From: Malacoraja senta
Taxonomy: Eukaryota
Direction of reading: 5' to 3'
Assembly: GCA_038087875.1 (NCBI GenBank)
Contig: JAXLNO010000405.1
Location: 62,001 to 88,526 of the forward strand
DNA length: 26,526 nucleotides
This document shows, in pieces, positions 1 to 10,684 of this stretch. The notes beneath the pieces are model-generated. The model saw only the letters and a program-made list of their open reading frames with translations, had not been told where the DNA came from and did no database searches. How positions within the stretch are numbered: position 1 is the stretch's first letter; each line of letters opens with the position of its first letter. Both the position numbers and the translations under genes were made by a program.

Positions 1-364
1 AAGATAGGTGTGAAATAAGGAGTGAAGAGTTGCAAATTGTGAAGCAAGATGATGTATGTGGAAAGGGAGAAGGGAGAAATCTGCATGAGGAGTAAAAATG
101 GTTAGTAACCGGAAAGAGCGTAAGTGTTCGGCAAAACAGTCGCCGAGTCTGTGCTTTGTCTCGCCAATTGCCGACCATTGTAACTCTCTTCCCATTTCCA
201 TAGCAACCTCACTGTCCTTGGACATACTCACTGGAGGAACAGCACCTAAAATTCCGCTTGGCTAGCCTACAATCCAATGGTATGAACAGTGAATTCACCA
301 ATTTTAAGTAACAATCCAAAGTGCACACCCGCATTATCTCCCCCCCCCCCCCCACTCTCTCCGC
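1..364. mobile_element. Penelope-like element fragments (GIY-YIG end and downstream non-coding part) with an internal inversion
   Basis: Minus strand ~118-168 translates IGETKHRLGDCFAEHLR. Plus strand ~230-310 gives LEEQHLKFRLASLQSNGMNSEFTNFK*, matching the fragment at 10685-10926. Confidence 0.75.
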
Positions 365-973
365 TGTTTTGCATCAATTTCTCCCCTCCCCATTTCAATA
401 TTCTTAAACAGAAAAGAACGCAAGTAAAATCAGTGATCATGCAGTACAATCTTTATTTCACCAGGTGGGTGTGGTAAAACTCTTTACAGTATGCAGATTA
501 CAGACTATACAGAGTTCTCATCCCCACACAAAGGGGCAGTGATCTAATTACATATATATACTCCAATAACCAACGATTCAGCAATACCTTATCTACAGAT
601 CATAGTACAGCCTCTTGCTTCTTAAGATTGACAGGTTCTTCTGACAGAGGAAGGGTTAACCATATATGGTTATATGAGGCTATATTTCTGCAGAACAAGC
701 ATTTTGTTTTTTTCTACATTATAATCTTATAGAACAAAGGTTAGTGCCAAGAGTCTGAATCTGTCTAATGTTTATATTATCGAGGAGACATTCATGAAGC
801 TGTGCTTGTTATCTCGCTTATGTTATTGGAAAGGGAACATCAACAGTTTGTTAGCTTTGTTAAGGTTGGTGCGTTTCGCTGGCTTTGCAATTTAATAGGA
901 GAAGGTTAAAGCTTGTCTTAGTTTCAGCTGAATCCATTTTGTAAGTTGAAATCTTGTTTTTTTAACTTCCACA
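365..973 (-). mobile_element. Candidate solo LTR (ERV/Gypsy-like)
   Basis: TGT...ACA termini. Flanks CCGC (361-364) and CTGC (974-977) differ by one CpG-type change. Minus strand has a TATA-like run (552-560) followed by AATAAA (452-457). It interrupts Penelope-like sequence. Confidence 0.5.
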
Positions 974-1180
974 CTGCCTCCTATATTCCTTTCTTTATTT
1001 TCACAATCTCCAAAACTCAATCCTTCTGCCAAACACCTGGATTTGATATCTCTAGCCTTTGTTCAACCACCTACCTATCAGAAAAAACTTCCTCAATAAT
1101 ATCCGTCTCACTTGCCAGGCTTTATGTTGCCGTTCCTCTCTGCCAGCTGACGGCTGCACTCTACAATCAGTCTGAAGGAT
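974..1180 (+). mobile_element. Continuation of Penelope-like non-coding region
   Basis: Loosely resembles the reverse complement of 1-80. Ends in caatcagtctgaag, the start of the hammerhead-like motif seen at 11020. Confidence 0.5.
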
Positions 1181-1224
1181 CGGGGAGGCTGAGGCAGTGT
1201 GTGAGCAGGGGTGGGTTGGATAGT

Positions 1225-1980
1225 GTGTGACCCGGGGTGGATGTGACGGTGTGTGACCTGGGGAGGTTGGGCCCCAGGGGGATGGGACAGTGTGTGACCC
1301 GGGGAGCTTGGGCCCCAGGGGGATGGGACAGTGTGTGACCCGGGGAGCTTGGGCCCCAGGGGGATGGGACAGTGTGTGACCCAGGGAGCTTGGGCCCCAG
1401 GGGGATGGGACAGTGTGTGACCCGGGGAGCTTGGGCCCCAGGGGGATGGGACAGTGTGTGACCCAGGGAGCTTGGGCCCCAGGGGGATGGGACAGTGTGT
1501 GACCCAGGGAGCTTGGGCCCCAGGGGGATGGGACTGTGTGTGACCCAGGGAGCTTGGGCCCCAGGGGGATGGGACAGTGTGACCCAGGGAGCTTGGGCCC
1601 CAGGGGGATGGGACAGTGTGACCCAGGGAGCTTGGGCCCCAGGGGGATGGGACAGTGTGTGACCCGGGGAGCTTGGGCCCCAGGGGGATGGGACAGTGTT
1701 TGACCCGGGGAGCTTGGGCCCCAGGGGGATGGGACAGTGTGACCCAGGGAGCTTGGGCCCCAGGGGGATGGGACAGTGTTTGACCCGGGGAGCATGGGCT
1801 CCAGGGGGATGGGACAGTGCGTGACCCAGGGAGCATGGGCCCCAGGGGGATGGGACAGTGTTTGACCTGGGGAGCATGGGCCCCAGGGGGATGGGACAGT
1901 GTGTGACCCAGGGAGCTTGGGCCCCAGGGGGATGGGACAGTGTGGGCCCCAGGGGGATGTGACAGTGTGTGACCCGGGAA
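1225..1980. repeat. G-rich minisatellite, 41-bp unit (39-bp variants), ~18 copies
   Basis: Unit gccccagggggatgggacagtgtgtgacccggggagcttgg recurs at 1271, 1312 and onward; some units lack one TG. Confidence 0.97.
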
Positions 1981-2148
1981 GGGTGGGCACTGAGGGAGTG
2001 TGATCATCTCCATAGCCGGTGTTCAGACAGAGAACAAATCACAGCAAAAACACAGTAGACAAACGCACTGATGAAGAGGTGCAGATGCACTTATCACCTG
2101 AGGCAACACTGTAGTTGATGCCAGCTAATCTCCCTAGGATTATCTTCC

Positions 2149-2976
2149 ACATCTCGGCAGGACAAATCAAAATAGGACGTACATGGTAAATGGTAGTGAA
2201 TTGAGGAATGCAGTTGAACAGAGGGATCTAGGAATAACTGTGCATAGTTCCCTGAAGGTGGAATCTCATGTAGATAGGGTGGTAAAGAAAGCTTTTGGTG
2301 TGCTGGCCTTTATAAATCAGAGCATTGAATATAGAAGTTGGGATGTAATGTTAAAATTGTACAAGGCATTGGTGAGGCCAGTTCTGGAGTATGGAGTACA
2401 ATTTTGGTCGCCTAATTATAGGAAGGATGTCAACAAAATAGAGAGAGTACAGAGGAGATTTACTCAAATGTTGACTGGGTTTCAGCAACTAAGTTACAGA
2501 GAAAGGTAGAACAAGTTAGGTCTTTATTCTTTGGAGCGCAGAAGGTTAAGGGGGGACTTGATAGAAGTCTTTAAAATGATGAGCGGGTTAGACAGAGTTG
2601 ACGTGCATAAGCTTTTCCCATTGAGAGTAGGGAAGATTCAAACAAGGGGACATGACTTGAGAATTAAGGGACAGAAGTTTAGGGGTAACATTAGGGGGAA
2701 CTTCTTTACTCAGAGAGTGGTAGCTGTGTGGAATGAGCTTCCAGTGGAAGTGGTGGAGGCTGGTTCAATTTTATCCTTTAAAAATAGATAGGATGTGTAT
2801 ATGGACGGGAAAGGAATGGAGGGATATGGTCTGAGTGCAGGTAGGTGGGACTAGGGGGAAGGAAGAAGAAAGAAGGGAAAATAAAAAAATAAATAAAAAG
2901 GTGTTCGGCACGGACTTGAAGGGCCGAGATGGCCTGTTTCCGTGCTGTAATGGTTATATGGTTATTATATGGTTAT
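2149..2976 (+). mobile_element. 5'-truncated CR1 LINE (ORF2 C-terminus and 3' UTR)
   Basis: LYKALVRPVLEYGVQFWSP and RRRLRGDLIEVFK motifs; premature TAG at 2507-2509; (TGGTTATA)n tail; near-identical to 6870-7615. Confidence 0.95.
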
Positions 2977-3183
2977 GCATGAACCACCCAGCTTACTCAT
3001 GGATAATGGAAATGCCTTGCAATTGCTCTCCTGTAACCAAGTCTGTCCCACCCATCACGATCACGCCACTCTCTGTGGCCTCATGCTCCCTGGCTTCAAT
3101 GATACTTTGTCATGTGTACACAAGTTCAGTGATCATCCTCCTATACACCAGGATCAGGGGAGGAGTAGATACACTATCTATTA

Positions 3184-3593
3184 TCTATATTACTAAAAGT
3201 AAGATCTTGACCGCTTTTGACTCGCTGTGCTTTGATATCCGAGAGAACGCCGCCACCTACAGCCGTCATTTTTGGCCACCTCGCTCAGAGCCCCCCTCCG
3301 CCGGACTGGACCGGAGGATTTTTCCAATCGATGCAAAATCAGAGAGATATTAATGTTTTTAAAAGATTCGCCATTCTCTCTGCTGCCCCCGCTGGCTGCA
3401 GGGGGAAGGGACTATAAAACCCGGAAGTGTCGTGCCTCACTCAGTCTCTGCCAGACGGAGGAAGCGAGAGGGTCATGGCTCTGAGCTGCGAATAACACTG
3501 AACGCACGTCTACTCCACGGTGAGTCCCCGGGATGTGGTTTTCAGCAAACGAATGTGTTTTGTTGGCTTGCTAAGTGTTTTTGCCCAATTGCC
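3184..3593 (+). mobile_element. Helitron 5' fragment
   Basis: Starts A|TCTATATTACTAAAA and is colinear with 9057-9421 (shared gggactataaaacccggaagtgt and gaataacactgaac). No 3' hairpin/CTAG seen. Confidence 0.75.
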
Positions 3594-3675
3594 TTGTGTA
3601 CCCAAGTTCAGTGATCATCCTAGACACGAGGATCAGGAGAGGAGTAGATACACTATCTATTATATATAATAGATT

Positions 3676-3893
3676 AATGCACAGACTTTTACCCAGAGGA
3701 TGAGAATCAAGAAACAATGATATAGGTTTCAGGTGGGGTTGGGGATTTTATGATAAAATCCGTACATGGATAGGATAGGTTTAGAGGGACATGGGCCTTA
3801 TGCAGGCTTGTGGGACTACAGTAGATCGGCCATGTTGCTTGACATGACAGGGCTGAAGAGTCTTGTTCCATGCCGTGTGCCTCTATGACTCTG
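3676..3893 (+). mobile_element. Old CR1 3' end
   Basis: tacatggataggataggtttagagggacatggg ... ctctatgactct tail, resembling the other CR1 3' ends. Confidence 0.7.
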
Positions 3894-4109
3894 AGGCACA
3901 ACTTGGACCATAATAACTCCAACAGTGCAGACTACACAGAGACCAAACACAAGAGTCACCACGTTTTATGCGTCATCTTATACTCTTCACTTTCTAAGAA
4001 AGCCTCTCCCCAGTCACTGCAGTAATGCACATCTCAATCTTCAATGAGGATGATTCATCACCACTACGATCACTCCCTCTGTCCTTTCAACTACTGCCTG
4101 CAGGTTCAC

Positions 4110-4225
4110 AGATCAGGAAGGTTTAGAAGGGTTTGGACCAAATGCAGGCAGGTGGGACAAGTGCAGATGGGGCATCTTGGGCCGAGGAGCCTGTTTCCTT
4201 GCTGTACCAGTCTATGACTTTATGA
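4110..4225 (+). mobile_element. Old CR1-type 3' end
   Basis: ggtttagaagggtttggaccaaatgcaggcaggtgggac ... gggccgaggagcctgtttcc ... ctatgactttatga. Confidence 0.7.
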
Positions 4226-4258
4226 TTTGGATTAATGAAGCCAAACCTGGAGATGATA

Positions 4259-4860
4259 CATAGAACATAAAATAGTGCAGCATGGGAACTGGCCCTTGAG
4301 ATGCCCCATATCTGCACCAACAATATCATACCAATTTGATCTAATCCCATCTACCTGCTCATGGACTGGATCCCTCTGTTCCCTGACTGTGTCAGTCATG
4401 TGTCAGTCTAAACAGTGTTTCCACCACCTCCTCAGGCAGGACCTTCCATGAACCGACCAAACTCTGCGTAAAAAAATAGTCCAGCCTGTCCCCTTTAAAC
4501 ATTCCTGTCTCCAGTAAGAGACATCCCCACCCTGGGAACAAGACTGACATATATGCCTCTTATATTTCATACTTCTATTAGGCCTCCACTCAGCCTTCAT
4601 TACTCAGATAAAACAATCCAATCTTTGTCTGCCTTAACTCAGACCATATTTCCAACTGATGTGTATTCTCGTGGATAATTTGATAGCTTTCCCCATGATC
4701 CACAACTCTGCAAATAGTTCTATTGTCTTTTAACTTACTAACTCGACCACCTACGTTTTTGTCCAAATCATAGACATGTTTAGAAATTGCAGAGGTTCCA
4801 GAACTGATCCTTGCAGAATACTATTGGTCACGAACCTGGTCAGTATAACACTGCTCCACC
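4259..4860 (-). mobile_element. Degenerate CR1 fragment
   Basis: Reverse tail catagaacata; reverse-strand relics of the FFTQRV...W and [10 protein letters not shown] motifs. Confidence 0.6.
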
Positions 4861-4972
4861 ATTATTCCTCTCTCATGTTTCCCCTCGCTCTAAGCCCTTT
4901 GTGTTTTTTCTCTTCCCTGTCCCTACAGTCTTCACCATTCTGCAGCATCCACTCCCCTCCCATTTCACTCAC

Positions 4973-5257
4973 CTGCTCCTTGGATGAGACTCGATGATTC
5001 CTTGTTTGATGAATCTCGGTCATGATGGATTTCACCACTTGGGTCAGTTCCAGGGCCGTGAACCACGTCTCCTATTCCTCTCCCTCTGGACTGACATTGT
5101 TCCTCTTTCTCATCGGCGGGTTCACATTCCATTGACGTTCTGCTCTCAATCCCACATTGCTTTTCTGTCATTGTTCCTGCGTTCTGACCATCGTTCTTTG
5201 ATGAGGTGCCTAGCCAAAGTCTTCTGAAGACCTTGCCCACTTGAGTTAATTTCCCAC
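4973..5257 (-). CDS. Candidate internal coding exon (285 bp, phase 1-1) of a host gene, possibly NLR-like N-terminal region
   Basis: Acceptor tttttttacag|GT, donor GCAG|gtgagt, length divisible by 3, open frame GKLTQVGKVFRRLWLGTSSKNDGQNAG...SSSLIQGA, non-repetitive sequence. Confidence 0.7.
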
Positions 5258-5298
5258 CTGTAAAAAAACCCCATTAATTGCAGGTTGCAGAGAAATGT

Positions 5299-6154
5299 AT
5301 TTTCTTTTTTTTTAATTTAATTTATTTTTTAGAAGTAAGTACAATAATGTGGGACCAAAGTACCTAATACTTATTGACATATTACATTTCATATACAACT
5401 TCTTATTTTTAATTTAATAATGAAGCAAAGTAAGAAATGAAAGATTACAAAAGGAAAGATTGAGATGAAGTGTTGCGTGAGATAGAAAAATAGCCCTAGA
5501 AAAAAAATGAGGAGAAAAAAGAGAAGAAAGTAAAGAGAAACAAAAGATAAGAGGAAAGGAGATTGAAAGCGATATATCTATTTGATAATCCTACCCCCAG
5601 TCACCTATTTCTGAACCATTATATTTCTATGATTGTGTTGCACCATATGCTTGTAGAAAGTCGATAAAGGGAGACCATATCAATAAGAAGAGGTCTACCT
5701 TACCTACTAGGTAGACCGTATTTCTTCAAGATATGCCATTTCTGACATATTTCAAATCCACATTTTCACCGTTGGTGTTGGCGAGTTTTTCCAAAATTTA
5801 AGTATGAGTTTTTTTTGCCACTATTAATCCGTAATTAAGTAAGGATTTTTGATACATATTTAGCGTATTCCCATCTTCCATTGATCCAAAGATAATCAAT
5901 TCTGTATTCGGTTCCAGGCTTCTATCAAATAATTTTGTAAAAATTTCAAAAATTTCATTCCAGAATTGATGAAGTTTTATACAGGAGACATAAGAGTGTG
6001 TTATAGTGACATTCATTCTCAGCTAAGCATTTATCACATATTGGTGAGATATTTGGATAACATTTATTCAATCTAGTTTTCGAGTAATATAGTCTATGTA
6101 AAATTTTGAATTGGATTCAATTATGTTTTACATTCATCTAACATTTATGTATAT
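5299..6154 (-). mobile_element. L1-clade LINE 3' part (ORF2 C-terminus, 3' UTR, A-rich tail)
   Basis: T-rich tail at ~5299-5330; minus strand QFKILHRLYYSKTRL, ICDKC...THSYVSC zinc-knuckle relic, WSPFIDFL end; frameshifted. Confidence 0.8.
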
Positions 6155-7615
6155 TTATGTATATACAAATGTCATTAGAAACGGGAATAGTGCCGGAGGA
6201 TTGGCGTACTGCGCATGTTGTTCCGTTGTTTAAAAAGGGTTCTAAGAGTAAACCTAGCAATTATAGACCTGTTAGTTTGACGTCAGTGGTGGGCAAATTA
6301 ATGGAAAGGATACTTAAAGATAATATATATAAGCATCTGGATAAGCAGGGTCTGATTAGGAACAGTCAACATGGATTTGTGCCTGGAAGGTTATGCTTGA
6401 CTAATCTTCTTGAATTTTTCGAAGAGGTTACTAGGGAAATTGATGAGGGTAAAGCAGTGGATGTTGTCTATATGGACTTCAGTAAGGCCTTTGACAAGGT
6501 TCCTCATGGAAGGTTGGTTAAGAAGATTCAATTGTTGGGTATTAATGGTGGAGTAGCAAGATGGATTCAACAGTGGCTGAATGGGAGATGCCAGAGAGTA
6601 ATGGTGGATGGCTGTTTGTCAGGTTGGAGGCCGGTGACTAGTGGGGTGCCTCAGGGGTCTGTGTTGGGTCCACTGTTGTTTGTCATGTACATCAATGATC
6701 TGGATGAAGGTGTGGAAAATTGGATTAGTAAGTATGCAGATGATACTAAGATAGGTGGTGTTGTGGATAATGAAGTAGATTTTCAAAGTCTACAGAGAGA
6801 TTTAGGCCATTTGGAAGAGTGGGCTGAAAGATGGCAGATGGAGTTTAATGCTGACAAATGTGAGGTGCTACATCTCGGCAGGACAAATCAAAATAGGACG
6901 TACACGGTAAATGGTAGCGAATTGAGGAATGCAGTTGAACAGAGGGATCTAGGAATAACTGTGCATAGTTCCCTGAAGGTGGAATCTCATGTAGATAGGG
7001 TGGTAAAGAAAGCTTTTGGTGTGCTGGCCTTTATAAATCAGAGCATTGAATACAGAAGTTGGGATGTAATGTTAAAATTGTACAAGGCATTGGTGAGGCC
7101 AATTCTGGAGTATGGAGTACAATTTTGGTCGCCTAATTATAGGAAGGATGTCAACAAAATAGAGAGAGTACAGAGGAGATTTACTAGAATGTTGCCTGGG
7201 TTTCAGCAACTAAGTTACAGAGAAAGGTTGAACAAGTTAGGTCTTTATTCTTTGGAGCGCAGAAGGTTAAGAGGGGACTTGATAGAGGTCTTTAAAATTA
7301 TGAGCGGGTTAGACAGAGTGGACGTGGATAAGCTTTTCCCATTGAGAGTAGGGAAGATTCAAACAAGGGGACATGACTTGAGAATTAAGGGACAGAAGTT
7401 TAGGGGGAACTTCTTTACTCAGAGAGTGGTAGCTGTGTGGAATGAGCTTCCAGTGGAAGTGGTGGAGGCAGGTTCGATGTTATCCTTTAAAAATAGATTG
7501 GATGGGTATATGGACGGGAAAGGAATGGAGGGTTATGGTCTGAGTGCAGGTAGATGGGACTAGGGGGAAGTATTTATTTTTGCGCTGTTATGGTTATATG
7601 GTTATATGGTTATAT
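6155..7615 (+). mobile_element. Young 5'-truncated CR1 LINE inserted in the L1; uninterrupted 468-codon RT-domain frame (6157-7563)
   Basis: [40 protein letters not shown] motifs; (TGGTTATA)n tail; no endonuclease domain or ORF1. Confidence 0.97.
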
Positions 7616-8375
7616 ATATCAGGTATTTTTCCCATGCTTTCGCAATTTTTATCTGTAATTCTTGTTCCCAATTTTCTCTAATTGCCTCTGTCGATGGAGG
7701 TTCTATATTTAAAATAATATTATATAAGTATGATATTAAATTGCTTGAATCTGCTTTAATATTCATCGCTTCCTCTAATGGATCTAAAGTTATATTTTGA
7801 TATCCTTGTATGTGTTGTTTCAAATAATCTCTGATTTGAAGGTATTTAAAGTATTGATTATTTTTCAAGTTGTATTTTAATTGTAGTTGTTGAAATGATT
7901 TTAAAAAATTCCCACTTCATACAAATCTCCAAAGCTTTTAATTCCTAATCTTTCCCAAAGGGTATACGCTTTATCAATAAGAGATGGCTTCAATGAGGGG
8001 TTATTTACTATTAGAGTTAAAAGCGATAAATTTCTTACTTTCAAAGTTAGTTTTATTTGTTTCCAAATTCGAACTGGGTTCTTCTTATAAATTGTATTGT
8101 TTAATTTTATCGGGGAGAAGAGGATCGCTCCTATATTAAAAGGAGAACAATCCTCTTTCTCCATTCTTATCCATTCTACCTGTTGGGCAGAGCTGTGCAA
8201 CGAATTAATTATGTTTTTAATATGTACTGCCCAGTAGTCGTATAAAACGTTTGGGTGTGTCAGTCCCCCAAGTTCTTTAGGTTTACACAGATATTTTCTT
8301 TGGATTCTATGCGCTCTATAGTCCCATATGAAGTTAGTAATACTAGAATCTAATTTTGCAGAGAAATTTCTAATT
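7616..8375 (-). mobile_element. L1-clade LINE ORF2, upstream part of the element at 5299-6154
   Basis: ITNFIWD...LCKPKELGGL.HPN..Y.YWA and FKYLQIRDY motifs; frame joins WEKYLIY to the other side of the CR1. Confidence 0.85.
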
Positions 8376-8429
8376 GAGAAAAGCACAGGTTTGGAATAGT
8401 TGGCAGCAATCTGAGCTGACATTCTGGGG

Positions 8430-9001
8430 CAGGATGGGGAACCTTTTTATGTTGGAATGCCGCATTAAGTTAGCTGTAATCTAATAAGGCCGCATCCATG
8501 AAACTTCAATTAGATATACTTCAAAATGCACATTATTTTGTAAAAATCTAACTACTATGTACTAACTTCAAGAAAATGAAAAAATGTTGTTCATTCTAAA
8601 GTGAATTAACCTTTTAATGACTTAGTTGTGACTGCTTTTTGTGGGAAAGTATGTGAATATTTGGTTGCAACATGGAGGTACGCAGTTTCAGCTGATCTTC
8701 TCGATGGGTATCAGTCATTTGTGACCTTAAGGGCATCTTGATTTGGGTTAGGTAGGAGAATGTAGAATCGCAGCAATAAGTGGTTGAAAAGCAAGAAAGC
8801 ATTTTTCGTGCCGGGAGGATTATTTCGTTGAATCTTTTACTCTTTGGTATTTTAAATACGTTCATTTTAAGATTAAAATAAAAATAATAAAAGACGAACA
8901 AAAACATATTAATAAAAATAAAAGGATTTGCTCTATAAAATTTGGATTCATTCAAAAGGCCGCACTTAATGGCCTAGAAAGCCGCAGGTTCCCCACCCCT
9001 G
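8430..9001 (-). mobile_element. Internally deleted hAT (Buster/Charlie-like) DNA transposon
   Basis: TIRs CAGGATGGGGAACCT and AGGTTCCCCACCCCTG; transposase C-terminus FSTTYCCDSTFSYLTQIK..RSQMTD.H...KKQSQLSH* at ~8850-8614. No matching 8-bp TSD. Confidence 0.85.
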
Positions 9002-9056
9002 GATAAGAGCTTGGAAGAAGCTGTCCTTGAATCTGGTGCTATGTTATCTCCATTTA

Positions 9057-10380
9057 TCTATATAATTAAAATTCTGATCTAGACCACTTCCTGTTTGCAC
9101 TGCATATTGATTTTAGACAAAACTCTGCCACTTACGGCTGTGATTTTTGGCCATCTTACTCAGAGTCCCCCTCCGCTGCGCAGGACAAGAGGATTTTTCC
9201 CATCGATCAAAAATAAAAGACTTATGTTTAAAAAATGTTGAGATTCTCTCTCCTGTCAATCACGCCATGAAGGCCATGACCCTTCTGGTGGGAGGGGGAG
9301 GGACTATAAAACCCGGAAGTGTGGAAGTGCCTCAGTTCTCTGCAAGATGGGGGAGCGATAGGTCACGACTCTCCGTCTGAGCTGTGAATAACACTGAACA
9401 CATGTCTACTAAACTGTGAGTGGTTTTACTGACCTGTGAGAGCCCTTAATGTGGTTTGAAAATGTGGTTTCAAAATGCAAAAGTGTGTATTGTTTCAAAA
9501 ATGCAAAAGTTGCCTTTTGGTTTGAAAATGCTAAAGTGTGTTTTGGATTGAAAATGCTAAGGTGTGTTTGGTTTGAAAATGCTAAAGTTGCCTTTGGTTT
9601 GAAAATGCTAAAGTTGCCTTTGGTTTGAAAATGCTAAAGTTGCCTTTGGTTTGAAAATGCTAATGTTGCCTTTGGTTTGAAAATGCTAAAGTGTGTTTTG
9701 GTTTGAAAATGCTAAAGTGTGTTTTGGTTTGAAAATGCTAAAGTTGCCTTTGGTTTGAAAATGCTAAAGTTGCCTTTGGTTTGAAAATGCTAAAGTGTGT
9801 TTTGGTTTGAAAATGCTAAAGTTGACTTTAGTTTGAAAATGTTAAAGTTGCCTTTGGTTTGAAAATGCTAAACTTGCCTTTGGTTTGAAAATGCTAAAGT
9901 GTGATTTGGTTTGAAAATGCTAAAGTTAACTTTGGTTTGAAAATGCTAAAGTTGCCTTTGGTTTGAAAATGCTAAAGTTGCCTTTGGTTTGAAAATGCCA
10001 AAGTTGCCTTTGGTTTGAAAATGCCAAAGCTGCGTTGCCTTATTGAAAAGTGCCCTTGAGTTTGGTGGCCTTGCACCCTACCTGAAGTGGAATTTCAAGG
10101 AATAGCCATGAGTCAACTGCCAGCCCACCAGCCGTGAGTGATCTGCCAGCACACCAGGCTTGAGTGACTGAGCCGCCAGCCCAAGAATCCATTTAGCCCA
10201 CAATGTCCATACTAGCCCTCTGGGAACCAGTCCCTTCAGCCCACAACACCCATACTAGTGCTCCATAAATCGCCCCCCCCCCGGCCACCAATATTGGAAT
10301 TGGTGGAGAGGTGGAATATTGCATTGAGGGACCAGCCCTCCCGTGTGACGCTGGGACCCAACGGGTCCCACTTAGTCTAG
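9057..10380 (+). mobile_element. Complete non-autonomous Helitron
   Basis: A|TC 5' end, CTAG|T 3' end, subterminal hairpin TGGGACCC-AAC-GGGTCCCA (10352-10370), no TSD. Confidence 0.9.
9452..10032. repeat. 26-bp minisatellite inside the Helitron, ~22 copies
   Basis: Unit tggtttgaaaatgctaaagttgcctt, with variant ...aaagtgtgttt; gaaaatgc at 9601, 9627, 9653. Confidence 0.96.
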
Positions 10381-10684
10381 TCCAATATAAAATTTGGATG
10401 CTTGTTACTTTGAGATAATCTGATAATTTTGTTCCGAGTTTTTCTGATTTTGGCCTTGCAGTTATCTGCCAAAATACTGATCACTTGACTAAGCATTTCT
10501 ACCGCTGCAACTGGATTTGAACCAGTATTTGTGGATGATTAGTCAACATGTTAGATGGAGAAGTGACATTTCAAGTTTAATCCTGATAAGGGCACGTTGA
10601 CACATGTTGGAGGGATAAATAAAACCAGGATATTCACCATGAATGACAAGGGCCTAGAGACCACTGAGAACAACCCGTACAAAT

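Noticed and set aside
1052..2013. Three overlapping 236-312 aa Pro-rich ORFs
   Set aside because: All three minus frames are open because the 41-bp repeat has no stop codons; no evidence of coding.
2069..2097. Possible 29-nt minus-strand micro-exon (cag|GTGAT...TCA|gtgcgt); a similar candidate near 3000-3031
   Set aside because: Weak polypyrimidine tracts and too short to support without RNA data.
6157..7563. RT ORF as a host gene, retron or autonomous element
   Set aside because: Typical CR1 ORF2 fragment, 5'-truncated, lacking endonuclease, ORF1 and promoter.
9452..10032. CRISPR-like appearance of the 26-bp array (also the 30-bp and 57-bp arrays)
   Set aside because: Head-to-tail repeats with no unique spacers, no cas genes, vertebrate context.
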